In this document: positions 39,992-48,839 of the stretch, piece after piece | How the letters are laid out: every line of letters starts with the position of its first letter | Position numbering within the stretch: position 1 is the first letter of the stretch | Virus record (IMG/VR): IMGVR_UViG_3300045988_120248 | Coordinates: 1 to 64,000 of that record | Length of the DNA stretch: 64,000 nucleotides | DNA from: a virus | Reading direction: 5' to 3' (one strand) | Position numbers and translations under genes: made by a program | Notes under the pieces: model-generated | The model's database searches: none | Seen by the model: the letters and a program-made list of their open reading frames with translations, nothing else | Told to the model about the DNA's origin: nothing

Positions 39992-41584
39992 GTGATTCAT
40001 CTTGGCGATATTTGCAAAATCAACGGCGCGGAAATCGAACCGGTTGACTGCATAATTGGTGGTTCACCTTGTTAGACAGGACTTGTCAATAGCTGGAAAG
40101 CGAAAAGGGCTTGCGGGTGAACGTTCCGGGCTTTTCATGGAACAAATCAGAATTATCAAGGAGATGCGAGAACATGACAGAAAGACCGGACGGACAGGTG
40201 AGTTTGTTCGACCAAGATACATGGTATGGGAAAACGTCGTTGGTGCCCAGAGCAGCCAACAAGGCCGTGACTTCGCGGCAGTCCTCGAAGAAGCAATCCG
40301 CGTCGCAGAACCGGAAGCCCCCGATATTCAAGTGCCTGACAAGGGATGGCCTACATGGGGGGGTACAGGGACGTGGACGGACGATGGAGCGTGGCTTGGC
40401 GCGTCCTCGATAGTCAATGGTGGGGAGTCCCCCAACGCCGTCGTAGAATCGCGCTTGTCGCAGATTTTGGAGGAACGACCGCACACGAAATACTCTTTAA
40501 CGCCAAAGGCGTGTATGGGCATCTTGCGACGAGCGGAGAAACGAGGAAAGGAACTACCAGAGGCACTCAAAGCGGCGCTCACGAATCAGGCGCATGGGCA
40601 GGATGCCTGACCCCATATGATACGCAGACAAATCGTGTATACGGCGCGGACGGAATCTGGCCTACGCTTCCAGCGCAGGAAAATAGCGGTCAGAACCGAC
40701 AAAGCGTTTTCTGTGTACCTATCAACGACAAGGCAACTCGATTCTCTGGTGGTGGGGACACCAGAAAAGACGATGGTGCGGGAAACGGACTTGGAGTGGG
40801 CCACGACGGAGACCCTTCACCGACGATCACGGCTGCGGACCGCCATGGCGTGTATTGCGCGGGATTCAAGCTTGGCAATAGCGAACAGGCACGGAGCATC
40901 GGCTACCAGGAGGAACAGTCACCGACGCTCAATGCAGAATGCGGAGGAAATAAACCGGCAATTCTGGACATGAGCCATGCGAACGACGTGATTCGGGAAT
41001 GCGGCGAAATTGTGCCGACACTGCAAAGCAGGATGGGAACCGGCGGAAATCAAGTGCCGCTGACATTCCAGCAAAACGGATTTGGAGACTACAAACAAGC
41101 TGAGACAGCTAGTTCTTGCAAACAGCGAGATTATAAAGACAGCACAGACTTGTGTACCCAATATGGCATAGTCCGCCGGCTGACCCCGATGGAATGCGAG
41201 AGACTTCAAAATTTCCCCGACGGCTGGACAGATATCGGTGGATGGACAGATGAAAAGGGGAAACTCCACAAGGAATCATCAGACAGCGCGCGGTATCGAG
41301 CACTCGGAAACTCTATCGCGCTGCCGCCTTGGAAATGGGTTCTGAAACGACTTTGCGTACAGTATGAACGTGATGCAACGTTAGGAAGCTTATTCGACGG
41401 CTTGGGCGGATTCCCTTTGATTTGGATGCAGCTCAACGGATGGAACAGTGTCAAATGGGCAAGCGAAATTGAGCCGTTTTGCATTGCGGTCACGAAACGG
41501 CATTTCGGGGATGAAAACAATCCCGGTGATGCTTGGAAATACCTGATTGGAGCACAGAAAGATGGCTATATACATCCATGCTGA
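39992..41584 (+). pseudogene. DNA (cytosine-5) methyltransferase, motif order IV-VI-VIII-TRD-IX-X-I-II, with two frame disruptions
   Basis: The motifs appear in this order: GGSPC (IV, 40058-40072), WENV (VI), QRRRR (VIII), several PTL segments, RRLTPMECERLQ.FP (IX), GNS (X), then LGSLFDGLGGFP (I) and WASEIE (II). There is a TAGA insertion at 40073-40076 and a frame change at the G7 tract 40357-40363. Confidence 0.75.
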
Positions 41585-41804
41585 TAATCTCGCAAAATAC
41601 ATTGATGCAAGACTTGAACACTTCAAAAGCCAACCGCAGGTTTGCTCTGCATTGATGGATATTCAAATGCGGTTCGTAGTGTTTCCAGACCGTTTCGGAT
41701 ATATCACAATGGGCGATTGCGACGGATGCCGGTGGAATGGCCGGCACCAGAAATGTTCGTGCTGCCGACGGAATCCAGGCATAAAAGATTGCTATGAGCT
41801 ATGA
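41562..41804 (+). CDS. hypothetical Cys-rich protein (80 aa)
   Basis: Start MAIYIHADNL; ORF 41547..41804 trimmed. Confidence 0.5.
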   Translation: MAIYIHADNLAKYIDARLEHFKSQPQVCSALMDIQMRFVVFPDRFGYITMGDCDGCRWNGRHQKCSCCRRNPGIKDCYEL

Positions 41805-41813
41805 GGTGAAAGA

Positions 41814-42155
41814 ATGAGAACGGACGATATTATCCGTGGACTACGTTGCTGCTATGACACCACAGGGGAACTTGATTGCGAATCAATGTGTCCGTTCGTG
41901 AATACGGAGGATTGCAGAATCAAACTGCATGAAGCTGCCGCAGAACGACTTGAGTTCCTTGCATCAGAAGTAAAACGATTGGAAACTCTTGTACAGCCAA
42001 TAGGCAAAAACCCGTGCGACGGATGCAACCATGGATGGGGGTCAGTGGTAGGATACAAAAACGGGAAAGTGGAGTCAAAGAGCTGTATGGAAGAATGCCA
42101 GCTGCTGAAAGAGTATCTGGAGAAACAGAAGGAGGGACAGCCATGCTGCCCATGA
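41814..42155 (+). CDS. hypothetical Cys-rich protein (113 aa)
   Basis: RBS GAGGTG. Confidence 0.55.
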   Translation: MRTDDIIRGLRCCYDTTGELDCESMCPFVNTEDCRIKLHEAAAERLEFLASEVKRLETLVQPIGKNPCDGCNHGWGSVVGYKNGKVESKSCMEECQLLKEYLEKQKEGQPCCP

Positions 42156-42445
42156 TGGAAGCAGGGTGCTATAACTGCCCGGTAAAAAACTGCACTGCGG
42201 CATATCGCGGGAGCGAGTGTGCCGCGAACCGTGCAAAGGCAGGAATCGATACCGACCCGCTAACCAATGGCGAATACATCAGGCAAGCAGATGACATTCA
42301 GCTTGCGGACATTCTGTACCAAGCTGTTTCTGGGATAGTAGCAGAGATGCTTCGCCGTCTCGGAATAACCGATTGGGAATGCCCGGACATCCGAGATAAA
42401 TACGTCGAGTGGCTGCGAAGCCCATGTGAAAAGGAGGCCAAATGA
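42143..42445 (+). CDS. hypothetical protein (100 aa)
   Basis: Start behind GAAGGAGGG. Confidence 0.5.
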   Translation: MLPMMEAGCYNCPVKNCTAAYRGSECAANRAKAGIDTDPLTNGEYIRQADDIQLADILYQAVSGIVAEMLRRLGITDWECPDIRDKYVEWLRSPCEKEAK

Positions 42446-42702
42446 AAACACTGAACGGCGGACAAACGCTCACAATCCCGTGTAAAATCGGAGACTACTG
42501 TCTGTATGACGCGGGACTATGTATCAAAAATCTTCGGGTCAAAGGTTTCTACTACGGATACCCAGATGGACTGCGTATAGACCTTGGAGACATTCAGCCG
42601 GTCGCATGGGACCGCTCAATCGTCGGCTATGTTGCAGCTGAAGACGATATTATGCAGAGCGAGGAAGCAATCAGAATGAGAAAGCAGGTTATGTATCCAT
42701 GA
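42442..42702 (+). CDS. hypothetical protein (86 aa)
   Basis: RBS AAGGAGG. Confidence 0.55.
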   Translation: MKTLNGGQTLTIPCKIGDYCLYDAGLCIKNLRVKGFYYGYPDGLRIDLGDIQPVAWDRSIVGYVAAEDDIMQSEEAIRMRKQVMYP

Positions 42703-43313
42703 AGACTGAAATCACAAAAATCAAAGGTGACTGGATGGAGGTCGCTTCCGATTGCCGGTCAACGGTCGGAAAGCAACCACTCGACCATGAGCCGAGCACG
42801 GAATTTAAGAAGAAAATCCTCATTGCAGAGCACAGCCCGATTCGGGACATTTCCGTAAAGTGGACGTGGCACGGAATTAAAAGCTGGGTCGCAACGCATT
42901 GGAGCCGGCACAAATTCGAGAAGTACATCAAATCTCAGCGCTCAGACAGAACCGGCATAACGCGCGATAAACTGCCGCAGGACGCGCCTGTTGACTTCAC
43001 GGGCGATGCAAATGTTCAGGCACTAATCGATACCATGCGGAAACGCTTGTGCCGCCAGTCCTCAACAGAGACGCGACAGTATGCTGAAGACTTCAAGGCG
43101 GCGCTCCATGAGGTTGAACCGGAGATCGCAGATGTTCTGGTCCCACAATGCGTCTATCGTGCGGGCTGCGCAGAAATGAAACCGTGCGGAGACGGAAAAT
43201 GCTTTTTCGATGTCCTGATTGACCAGACAGCCGGTGCGGTTGCCACGACGCACATCCAAGACCGCTACGATGCATACAACAAGTTCTTTTACGAACGGAG
43301 GAAAACCGAATGA
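42699..43313 (+). CDS. thyX: ThyX-like FAD-dependent thymidylate synthase (divergent)
   Basis: ..AEHSPIRDISVKW..HWSRHKFEKYIKSQRSDR.. resembles the ThyX signature RHR-x7-SQR. Confidence 0.55.
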   Translation: MKTEITKIKGDWMEVASDCRSTVGKQPLDHEPSTEFKKKILIAEHSPIRDISVKWTWHGIKSWVATHWSRHKFEKYIKSQRSDRTGITRDKLPQDAPVDFTGDANVQALIDTMRKRLCRQSSTETRQYAEDFKAALHEVEPEIADVLVPQCVYRAGCAEMKPCGDGKCFFDVLIDQTAGAVATTHIQDRYDAYNKFFYERRKTE

Positions 43314-43507
43314 GCATCATTATCGAAACGTGTCCGAAATGTGGCGCGGAGCTTCAAAATATCGTGATCGCCACATTCCCGCCGATTCCCAAGAAACAAT
43401 GCTCCCGCTGCGGATGGAGTTGGACGGGGAAGCCAGAGAAGATCGTATACAAACCCTTTGAACCTTCGGATAAAATGGAGGATGTGCTGGAATGCAAGCC
43501 GTACTAA
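43310..43507 (+). CDS. zinc-ribbon protein (65 aa)
   Basis: CPKCGA...CSRCGW. Confidence 0.55.
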   Translation: MSIIIETCPKCGAELQNIVIATFPPIPKKQCSRCGWSWTGKPEKIVYKPFEPSDKMEDVLECKPY

Positions 43508-44091
43508 TCAGCATCAAACCAAAATGGTGCTCGAAGATTGCCAATGGCGAAAAAACAATCGAGGTTCGCAAGAAGCGCCCAAGTCTGGAAGCGCCATTTA
43601 AGGTGTACATCTACTGCACACATGGATCTGACATGCTTTGGATAATGAATCCAGAAGACAGAAAACTGTTTCCTGAAAAACCAACAGACGTTTTTACCGC
43701 GAAGGATGCGGGCGGGCTATATCCGGGAAATGGCAAGGTCATTGGGGAGTTAACCTGCGACCGGATTTATGAACTGGAAACAAAAGCAAAAGGCGGAAGC
43801 TACTACGTCAAAGGCGAGAATCAGCCAACGACAAACGATGTGGCGCGACAGTCGTGTCTTGACCTCAAAGATATGCACGCCTATCTGCACTCGCAAAAAG
43901 GATACGGCTGGCATATTTCGGACTTCAAACTCTATGACAAGCCGCTGCCGCTCAACACCTTCAAAAAGTGGTTCCGAGAGTGTGCATATTCAGATCTCGG
44001 ACTCGCCATCCCAGAATGCGAGAAATGCACGGACTCTGGCTGCTTCGTACAGAAGCCACCACAGTCATGGTGCTTTGTGGAGGAGCTGTAA
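43492..44091 (+). CDS. ASCH-domain protein
   Basis: N-terminus MQAVLISIKPKWCSKIANGEKTIEVRKKRP is a typical ASCH/PUA-like start. Confidence 0.6.
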   Translation: MQAVLISIKPKWCSKIANGEKTIEVRKKRPSLEAPFKVYIYCTHGSDMLWIMNPEDRKLFPEKPTDVFTAKDAGGLYPGNGKVIGELTCDRIYELETKAKGGSYYVKGENQPTTNDVARQSCLDLKDMHAYLHSQKGYGWHISDFKLYDKPLPLNTFKKWFRECAYSDLGLAIPECEKCTDSGCFVQKPPQSWCFVEEL

Positions 44092-44402
44092 TGAGCGGAT
44101 TTTGCAATGGAAAAAACGTTGCATGCGAGTATGCGACGATCTACGGAGACTGCCAAATCACGGCGTGCTGCAAGCGCCATGAACCAAAAAAAGAATTATG
44201 CAATAGTCAGCTCATACGTTGCCCAAACGGGCATATCGTCGGAGTTTGCGGCGTGGACGGGACAGTAGAAATTAAACACAAGGGCCGAACAATAGTTGTA
44301 AGCTCATCAAATGCAAACGTGCAAATAACCTGCGAACAATGCGGCAAGATGGTCACAGTCTATCTTGACTGCGGAAAAACTGATGTGGAGGAGTGTATAT
44401 GA
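44091..44402 (+). CDS. Cys-rich protein (103 aa)
   Basis: TAATG coupling. The ..LIRCPNGH...VEIKHKG...ITCEQCGK.. layout is loosely like Mu Com-type zinc fingers. Confidence 0.5.
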   Translation: MSGFCNGKNVACEYATIYGDCQITACCKRHEPKKELCNSQLIRCPNGHIVGVCGVDGTVEIKHKGRTIVVSSSNANVQITCEQCGKMVTVYLDCGKTDVEECI

Positions 44403-44848
44403 TAATTAAATCCGGAGATTATGTAGAAAGTCTGCATGGGAATGTTGGTGTAGTAAAAACAGTTGGGAAAACAGTGCCTGTTGACGGCAAGGAGCAATTC
44501 TCCTTCGATTGGGAAATCACGCGCCCGTCCATCAGAAGCGGAGACCGTGGCTTCTTTGCTGGAAGCGAATCCGATTTGTGGCTGCACTACCGTCAAATTG
44601 GCATGTATCACAACCCGTTCCAGAAAGAGAAAATGACAAAGCAGAGAATGGAAAAGCAGAGGATTGAACCGATTGAATTCGGAAAGATTGAAAAAGCAAG
44701 AGCAACGAAGGTGACGATTTCGACAGACGGTGATGTAAAAACCGAACGCGGCGAATTTGATATACTGAAACGCACCAAATTAACGGTCACAGATCTTGCA
44801 GTCAAAATCAACGAAATCATCAACTATCTGAATGCGGAGGAATGTTAA
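44399..44848 (+). CDS. hypothetical protein (149 aa)
   Basis: ATG 5 nt after GGAGGAG. Confidence 0.55.
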   Translation: MIIKSGDYVESLHGNVGVVKTVGKTVPVDGKEQFSFDWEITRPSIRSGDRGFFAGSESDLWLHYRQIGMYHNPFQKEKMTKQRMEKQRIEPIEFGKIEKARATKVTISTDGDVKTERGEFDILKRTKLTVTDLAVKINEIINYLNAEEC

Positions 44849-45159
44849 TGGAGCATATTGTACAGTTTGGCATCAACATCGATGACGAGGCAATCAAGCG
44901 TACCATAATGGAAAGCGGCGTTAAGACTATCGAAGCGCAGATCAAACAGGCAATCATCAATAAAGTTTTCACAGCATACCGATACGGAAATGCGAATCCT
45001 GCCAGCGATCCGTTATCTACATGGGCGCAGAATCTCGTAGCGGACACGCTCGCAGAAAACCGAGACGCGATTATCAACCAAGCAGCGGCAATCCTTGCGG
45101 AAAAGATGGCAAAGAGCACGAAAGTCCGCGAATCGGTCATCGCAAAGGCGGCGGAATGA
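44848..45159 (+). CDS. hypothetical protein (103 aa)
   Basis: The second ATG is properly spaced from GCGGAGG. Confidence 0.55.
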   Translation: MEHIVQFGINIDDEAIKRTIMESGVKTIEAQIKQAIINKVFTAYRYGNANPASDPLSTWAQNLVADTLAENRDAIINQAAAILAEKMAKSTKVRESVIAKAAE

Positions 45160-45536
45160 GTGTCATACTTAGAGAAATCGACATTACGTCCTGCTATCCC
45201 ATGACGTATCAACTTCAAGAAGGCCACGATTCAGGCGATCTTATTGATATCGATGAAATGAAATTCATCATTACCGATGAATCAAATTCCGTGATATATC
45301 TTGAAAAGGAAAACGAATGGCGCAACAGGTTTTACCCCGGAAAGTGGATTAGAATTTTCCCACTGGTCGGAATCCTTGAACTCGAATCGGATGAACCGAT
45401 TGATGTACCGGGATTCAGAAGATTTCCTTGGGGAGAGGAAAAAAGGTGGTTGCTCCGTAATGAGCAAATGGAAAAGAAATTGGCATGGCTGATTCAAGAG
45501 GAACGGAGAATAGCGGCATTGGAGGGGGAGAAATAA
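45156..45536 (+). CDS. hypothetical protein (126 aa)
   Basis: ATGA coupling. Confidence 0.55.
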   Translation: MSVILREIDITSCYPMTYQLQEGHDSGDLIDIDEMKFIITDESNSVIYLEKENEWRNRFYPGKWIRIFPLVGILELESDEPIDVPGFRRFPWGEEKRWLLRNEQMEKKLAWLIQEERRIAALEGEK

Positions 45537-46211
45537 ATGGAAGATTTCATGTGTGCGCGTATCTTCGATAATCTGCAACTTGAACTTCATAAGGACGTGC
45601 TGCGGGCGATAATCGATCAGGATGAGTTCTACCGAGTATTGGGGAACTTCTCCGTGGAAATCATGGGCGTTGCGCCTGATACCGGCGCGTTCATCCTCAA
45701 ATTCCATGACAAGGATAAAAAGCACGCGAAAACGGTCTGCGATGGCGAAGTCGTGGAAGTGACACCAGTGGATATGCTTAACCTCGATTTGAAGAACCGG
45801 TTCCGGGATTTGAAGAATCGGATTCAGAAGGGGAACTCAAATAAGTCGGAATCCAACAATGCAAACGGAGCAACGGAGGGAAACAAACCAGTGGTAACAA
45901 TTTATGGCTATAGCGACGATACGGTCGAAATTGAAAACAGCAGCTACAACGACGGCAGCATTGATTGCTTTGACAAGGATGTACGGTTGTGGTTTAGCGA
46001 CGGAACGATTATCCGCATCGGTTACTGCAAGCCAAATCTCGGTGTCTGGTACATCGTCAGAGAACATGTCGGAACGGCAGAGCAGACGCTTTTAGTTTGC
46101 GAGGACGAAGATGCAGACCCGTACAGCGATGTCTTTTGCATCAATGCGGAAATCGAACGGCATGAACTGCTGGGAGGAAACTATGGAGAGATTAACGTTA
46201 CGGAGCGGTGA
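45537..46211 (+). CDS. hypothetical protein (224 aa)
   Basis: ORF track; RBS GGGGGAG. Confidence 0.6.
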   Translation: MEDFMCARIFDNLQLELHKDVLRAIIDQDEFYRVLGNFSVEIMGVAPDTGAFILKFHDKDKKHAKTVCDGEVVEVTPVDMLNLDLKNRFRDLKNRIQKGNSNKSESNNANGATEGNKPVVTIYGYSDDTVEIENSSYNDGSIDCFDKDVRLWFSDGTIIRIGYCKPNLGVWYIVREHVGTAEQTLLVCEDEDADPYSDVFCINAEIERHELLGGNYGEINVTER

Positions 46212-46749
46212 CACCAACCATGAAAACGGCGTATGCTGCACACACTTCAAAAGCAAAGAGTGTCTCGAAGTCGGTGGGAACTGTGCTTACGGCTGCAAGT
46301 GGGAAGAAGCAGCATGGGAGAAACTTGCAAGCTATGAAGATTCCATGCTGTCTCCAGAAGGCTGCAAAGCGGCGGCAGAAGCCAATACCATCTTGGAGAC
46401 CTGCGGATTATCACTGGATCACATCATCGATCTGATAAAGGCCGACAAAGCAGGCATAAGCGTCATTCTGCCGTGCAAACCGGGCGACAAACTGTTTGTT
46501 TTGACATCTGACAGTTTGACCGGCATCGAGGTAACAAGATGCACGCGCATCGTAATCTGCAACGCCGCCGATGGCCTGTATGCAAAGATCGTTGCACCAT
46601 GCGGCTATGACGATGGGAGCTACGCGCATTGGGAGTTCACAGAAGGGGACTTCGGAAGAAAAGTGTTCTTAAATCGGGAAGATGCCGAAAAGGCTTGGAG
46701 GAAAAATGAACTGCAAAATAAAGGAATGTCCTTTTATCAGAAGCGGTGA
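46183..46749 (+). CDS. hypothetical Cys-rich protein (188 aa)
   Basis: Start MERLTLR behind GGGAGGAAA. Confidence 0.55.
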   Translation: MERLTLRSGDTNHENGVCCTHFKSKECLEVGGNCAYGCKWEEAAWEKLASYEDSMLSPEGCKAAAEANTILETCGLSLDHIIDLIKADKAGISVILPCKPGDKLFVLTSDSLTGIEVTRCTRIVICNAADGLYAKIVAPCGYDDGSYAHWEFTEGDFGRKVFLNREDAEKAWRKNELQNKGMSFYQKR

Positions 46750-46805
46750 GTGCGATGTGCCGCCGTGCGGAACGTGCTTCCTGCCGTGCGAAGCGAGGGA
46801 AGACC

Positions 46806-47000
46806 ATGATTGACTTAAAGCCATGTCCCTTTTGCGGCGGGAAGGCCGTCATGATAAGCGAACCATACACGCACGATAGATTCCTTGTAGCCTGCAAAAA
46901 TCGCGGGGACGTGTGCAAATGCGAACCGTGTACAAACTGGTTTGATACACGGGAAGAAGCTGCGGAAGTGTGGAATAGGAGGGAAAATGAACGATCTTAA
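46806..47000 (+). CDS. Lar-family restriction alleviation protein, copy 1
   Basis: MIDLKPCPFCGGKAV... ..AAEVWNRR. Confidence 0.65.
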   Translation: MIDLKPCPFCGGKAVMISEPYTHDRFLVACKNRGDVCKCEPCTNWFDTREEAAEVWNRRENERS

Positions 47001-47196
47001 AGGCTGCCCGTTCTGCGGTGGAAAAGTCGAGGAACGGGGTGGAACCTGCAACTATGGAAAAAAGTTCATGACGCTGGATGTAAAATGCCAGAAGTGCGAG
47101 ACAACCTTTAAGTTTAAGCACAAATGGGCGCTTAACCCATACGTCGAAACCGTTGAGGCTTGGAACCGGAGGTTCAATGATGGAACAAATTCGTAA
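46987..47196 (+). CDS. Lar-family restriction alleviation protein, copy 2
   Basis: MNDLKGCPFCGGKVE... ..TVEAWNRR. Confidence 0.65.
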   Translation: MNDLKGCPFCGGKVEERGGTCNYGKKFMTLDVKCQKCETTFKFKHKWALNPYVETVEAWNRRFNDGTNS

Positions 47197-47386
47197 CTGC
47201 CCGTTTTGCCACAAGTGCTCTGTGGAATGGCCAGTGTATCTTGATGAGATACACCAGTTTAATGCAGACATATACCCAGAAGTGATGTATCAATGCCGCT
47301 GCACATACTGCGGGGCAAGCGGACCGATAAAAGGTACGAAGCGTGCAGCTATCAAAGCTTGGAATAGGAGGAATGAAAATGGTTGA
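47180..47386 (+). CDS. Lar-family restriction alleviation protein, copy 3 (divergent)
   Basis: MEQIRNCPFCHK... ..AIKAWNRR. Confidence 0.6.
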   Translation: MEQIRNCPFCHKCSVEWPVYLDEIHQFNADIYPEVMYQCRCTYCGASGPIKGTKRAAIKAWNRRNENG

Positions 47387-47603
47387 AAATCGAGTGTGTT
47401 TTACCGTCCGAGGAGAGTTCGGAGCGCAGATGAGCTTCGAGTCAAAAAACACGATCCCGTATGAAGATCTGTGCAAGTGTGTCAATAAAGACACGCTGAT
47501 AGAGATGATGTGCCTTGACGTAGCCGGCTATACCGGCAAAGATATTCAGTTCATCACGCCAGAAGAATATGACGAGCAATTTGGAGATGACGAAGATGGT
47601 TGA
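47379..47603 (+). CDS. hypothetical protein (74 aa)
   Basis: The second ATG is properly spaced from AGGAGGA. Confidence 0.5.
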   Translation: MVENRVCFTVRGEFGAQMSFESKNTIPYEDLCKCVNKDTLIEMMCLDVAGYTGKDIQFITPEEYDEQFGDDEDG

Positions 47604-47805
47604 TTGCTGTGCGACCTGCGCATTCCACGAATGCCAGAAGGGGTATCTTTACCCGCACCGGTGCAAAAAGCACAAAGGCGAGCGCTTTTCAGAGGTCGAA
47701 TGGAATCGTATCGTGTACAGCCTGTACAAATGCGACGAGTTCAAAAGCATTGACGCTGTCAGTGATGTGGCGGACAGAGAATGTGAACATGAACGATGCC
47801 ACTAA
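47596..47805 (+). CDS. Cys/His-rich small protein (69 aa)
   Basis: MVDCCATCAFHECQKG..HRCKKH. Confidence 0.5.
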   Translation: MVDCCATCAFHECQKGYLYPHRCKKHKGERFSEVEWNRIVYSLYKCDEFKSIDAVSDVADRECEHERCH

Positions 47806-48316
47806 AATTGTCAGGGAGGACGCAATGATGAACCTGGAATCAGTTTTCAATGAAATCAAGGCAATGTCGCAGGAACAATTCGACGATCTCATGGACAAAG
47901 TGCGTGCAATGTCCGAACCACCATATGATGAGACTGTCAATGAAGAACCTGTAGTTGCGCCGATGAATCAGGCTGATATCAGCGAGGATAGCCGGTACAG
48001 GGAGCTGAAAGTGAACCCATGCGCAAGCGGCGTCCATTTTTCTGCTGTCATGGATGACGAAGACGGTAGCATTGTCGTTTTCGGAGAAGGTGGATGGGCG
48101 ATGGGGTACATCGACTACCCGATGGGCACGGCCAACTGGATTGTCACGGACGAGTGCAAGCCGGGTGTGCAGCGATATTGGAAGACGTGCTCGAAATGTG
48201 GACAGAAAAAATGGCTCTTCAACTATATCGACGCACGGAATCTGAAACAGAGGTATCCGCTCTGCGAGTGCGGGGCGAAGATCATTGGTGTGGAAGAAAG
48301 GATTGAATTTGAATGA
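47789..48316 (+). CDS. hypothetical protein with C-terminal zinc ribbon (175 aa)
   Basis: ORF 47600..48316, with the start moved to MNDATKIV; ..CSKCGQ...CECGA. Confidence 0.55.
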   Translation: MNDATKIVREDAMMNLESVFNEIKAMSQEQFDDLMDKVRAMSEPPYDETVNEEPVVAPMNQADISEDSRYRELKVNPCASGVHFSAVMDDEDGSIVVFGEGGWAMGYIDYPMGTANWIVTDECKPGVQRYWKTCSKCGQKKWLFNYIDARNLKQRYPLCECGAKIIGVEERIEFE

Positions 48317-48341
48317 CACTTGTGCGTGAAAGGAGACAACC

Positions 48342-48839
48342 ATGATAATTTATACCGGAGAACGCGGTAGCGGAAAAACCACTATGCTCATCGAGATGTC
48401 TGAAAAAACGGGTGCGACCATCGTTGTGGCTACATACCCGATGGTCAAGTATATCCAGAAGACTGCGGGTCAAATGGGTAAGAAGATTCCCGTTCCTATC
48501 ACGGTGACAAACTACATTCACCTTCTTGCAAACGGTGGTCTCAGTAAAAGTCAGAAGTATCTCGTGGACGAACTTCAGATGATACTCCATGGCATGAACA
48601 TCGAAGTTGCTACATGTGACAATGATTGTTTGAGAGCGCTGGGAAATCTGTCGAGTGCGAAATCTCAGCCAGATCGATACATCAACGCTACACAACTGAT
48701 TGCCACACTGGAAGGTGCAATCGAGAGGGCGGAACGCGAAGAACCAGCAGGGATCGAGAAGCTTTGGGCTGTAACGTCGATGAAATATGCGAAACGGCTG
48801 CTCGAAGAAGCGTCCAAAACGGAGGGTGAACGTGGATAA
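48342..48839 (+). CDS. small P-loop NTPase (165 aa)
   Basis: Walker A: GERGSGKTT. Walker B-like: YLVDE. Confidence 0.6.
   Translation: MIIYTGERGSGKTTMLIEMSEKTGATIVVATYPMVKYIQKTAGQMGKKIPVPITVTNYIHLLANGGLSKSQKYLVDELQMILHGMNIEVATCDNDCLRALGNLSSAKSQPDRYINATQLIATLEGAIERAEREEPAGIEKLWAVTSMKYAKRLLEEASKTEGERG

Noticed and set aside
40056-41584. Treating 40056..40610 and 40346..41584 as two independent genes
   Set aside because: Together with 39992-40072 they carry successive motifs of one C5-methyltransferase. I annotated them as a single disrupted gene. The open alternative frame is reported as a finding instead.
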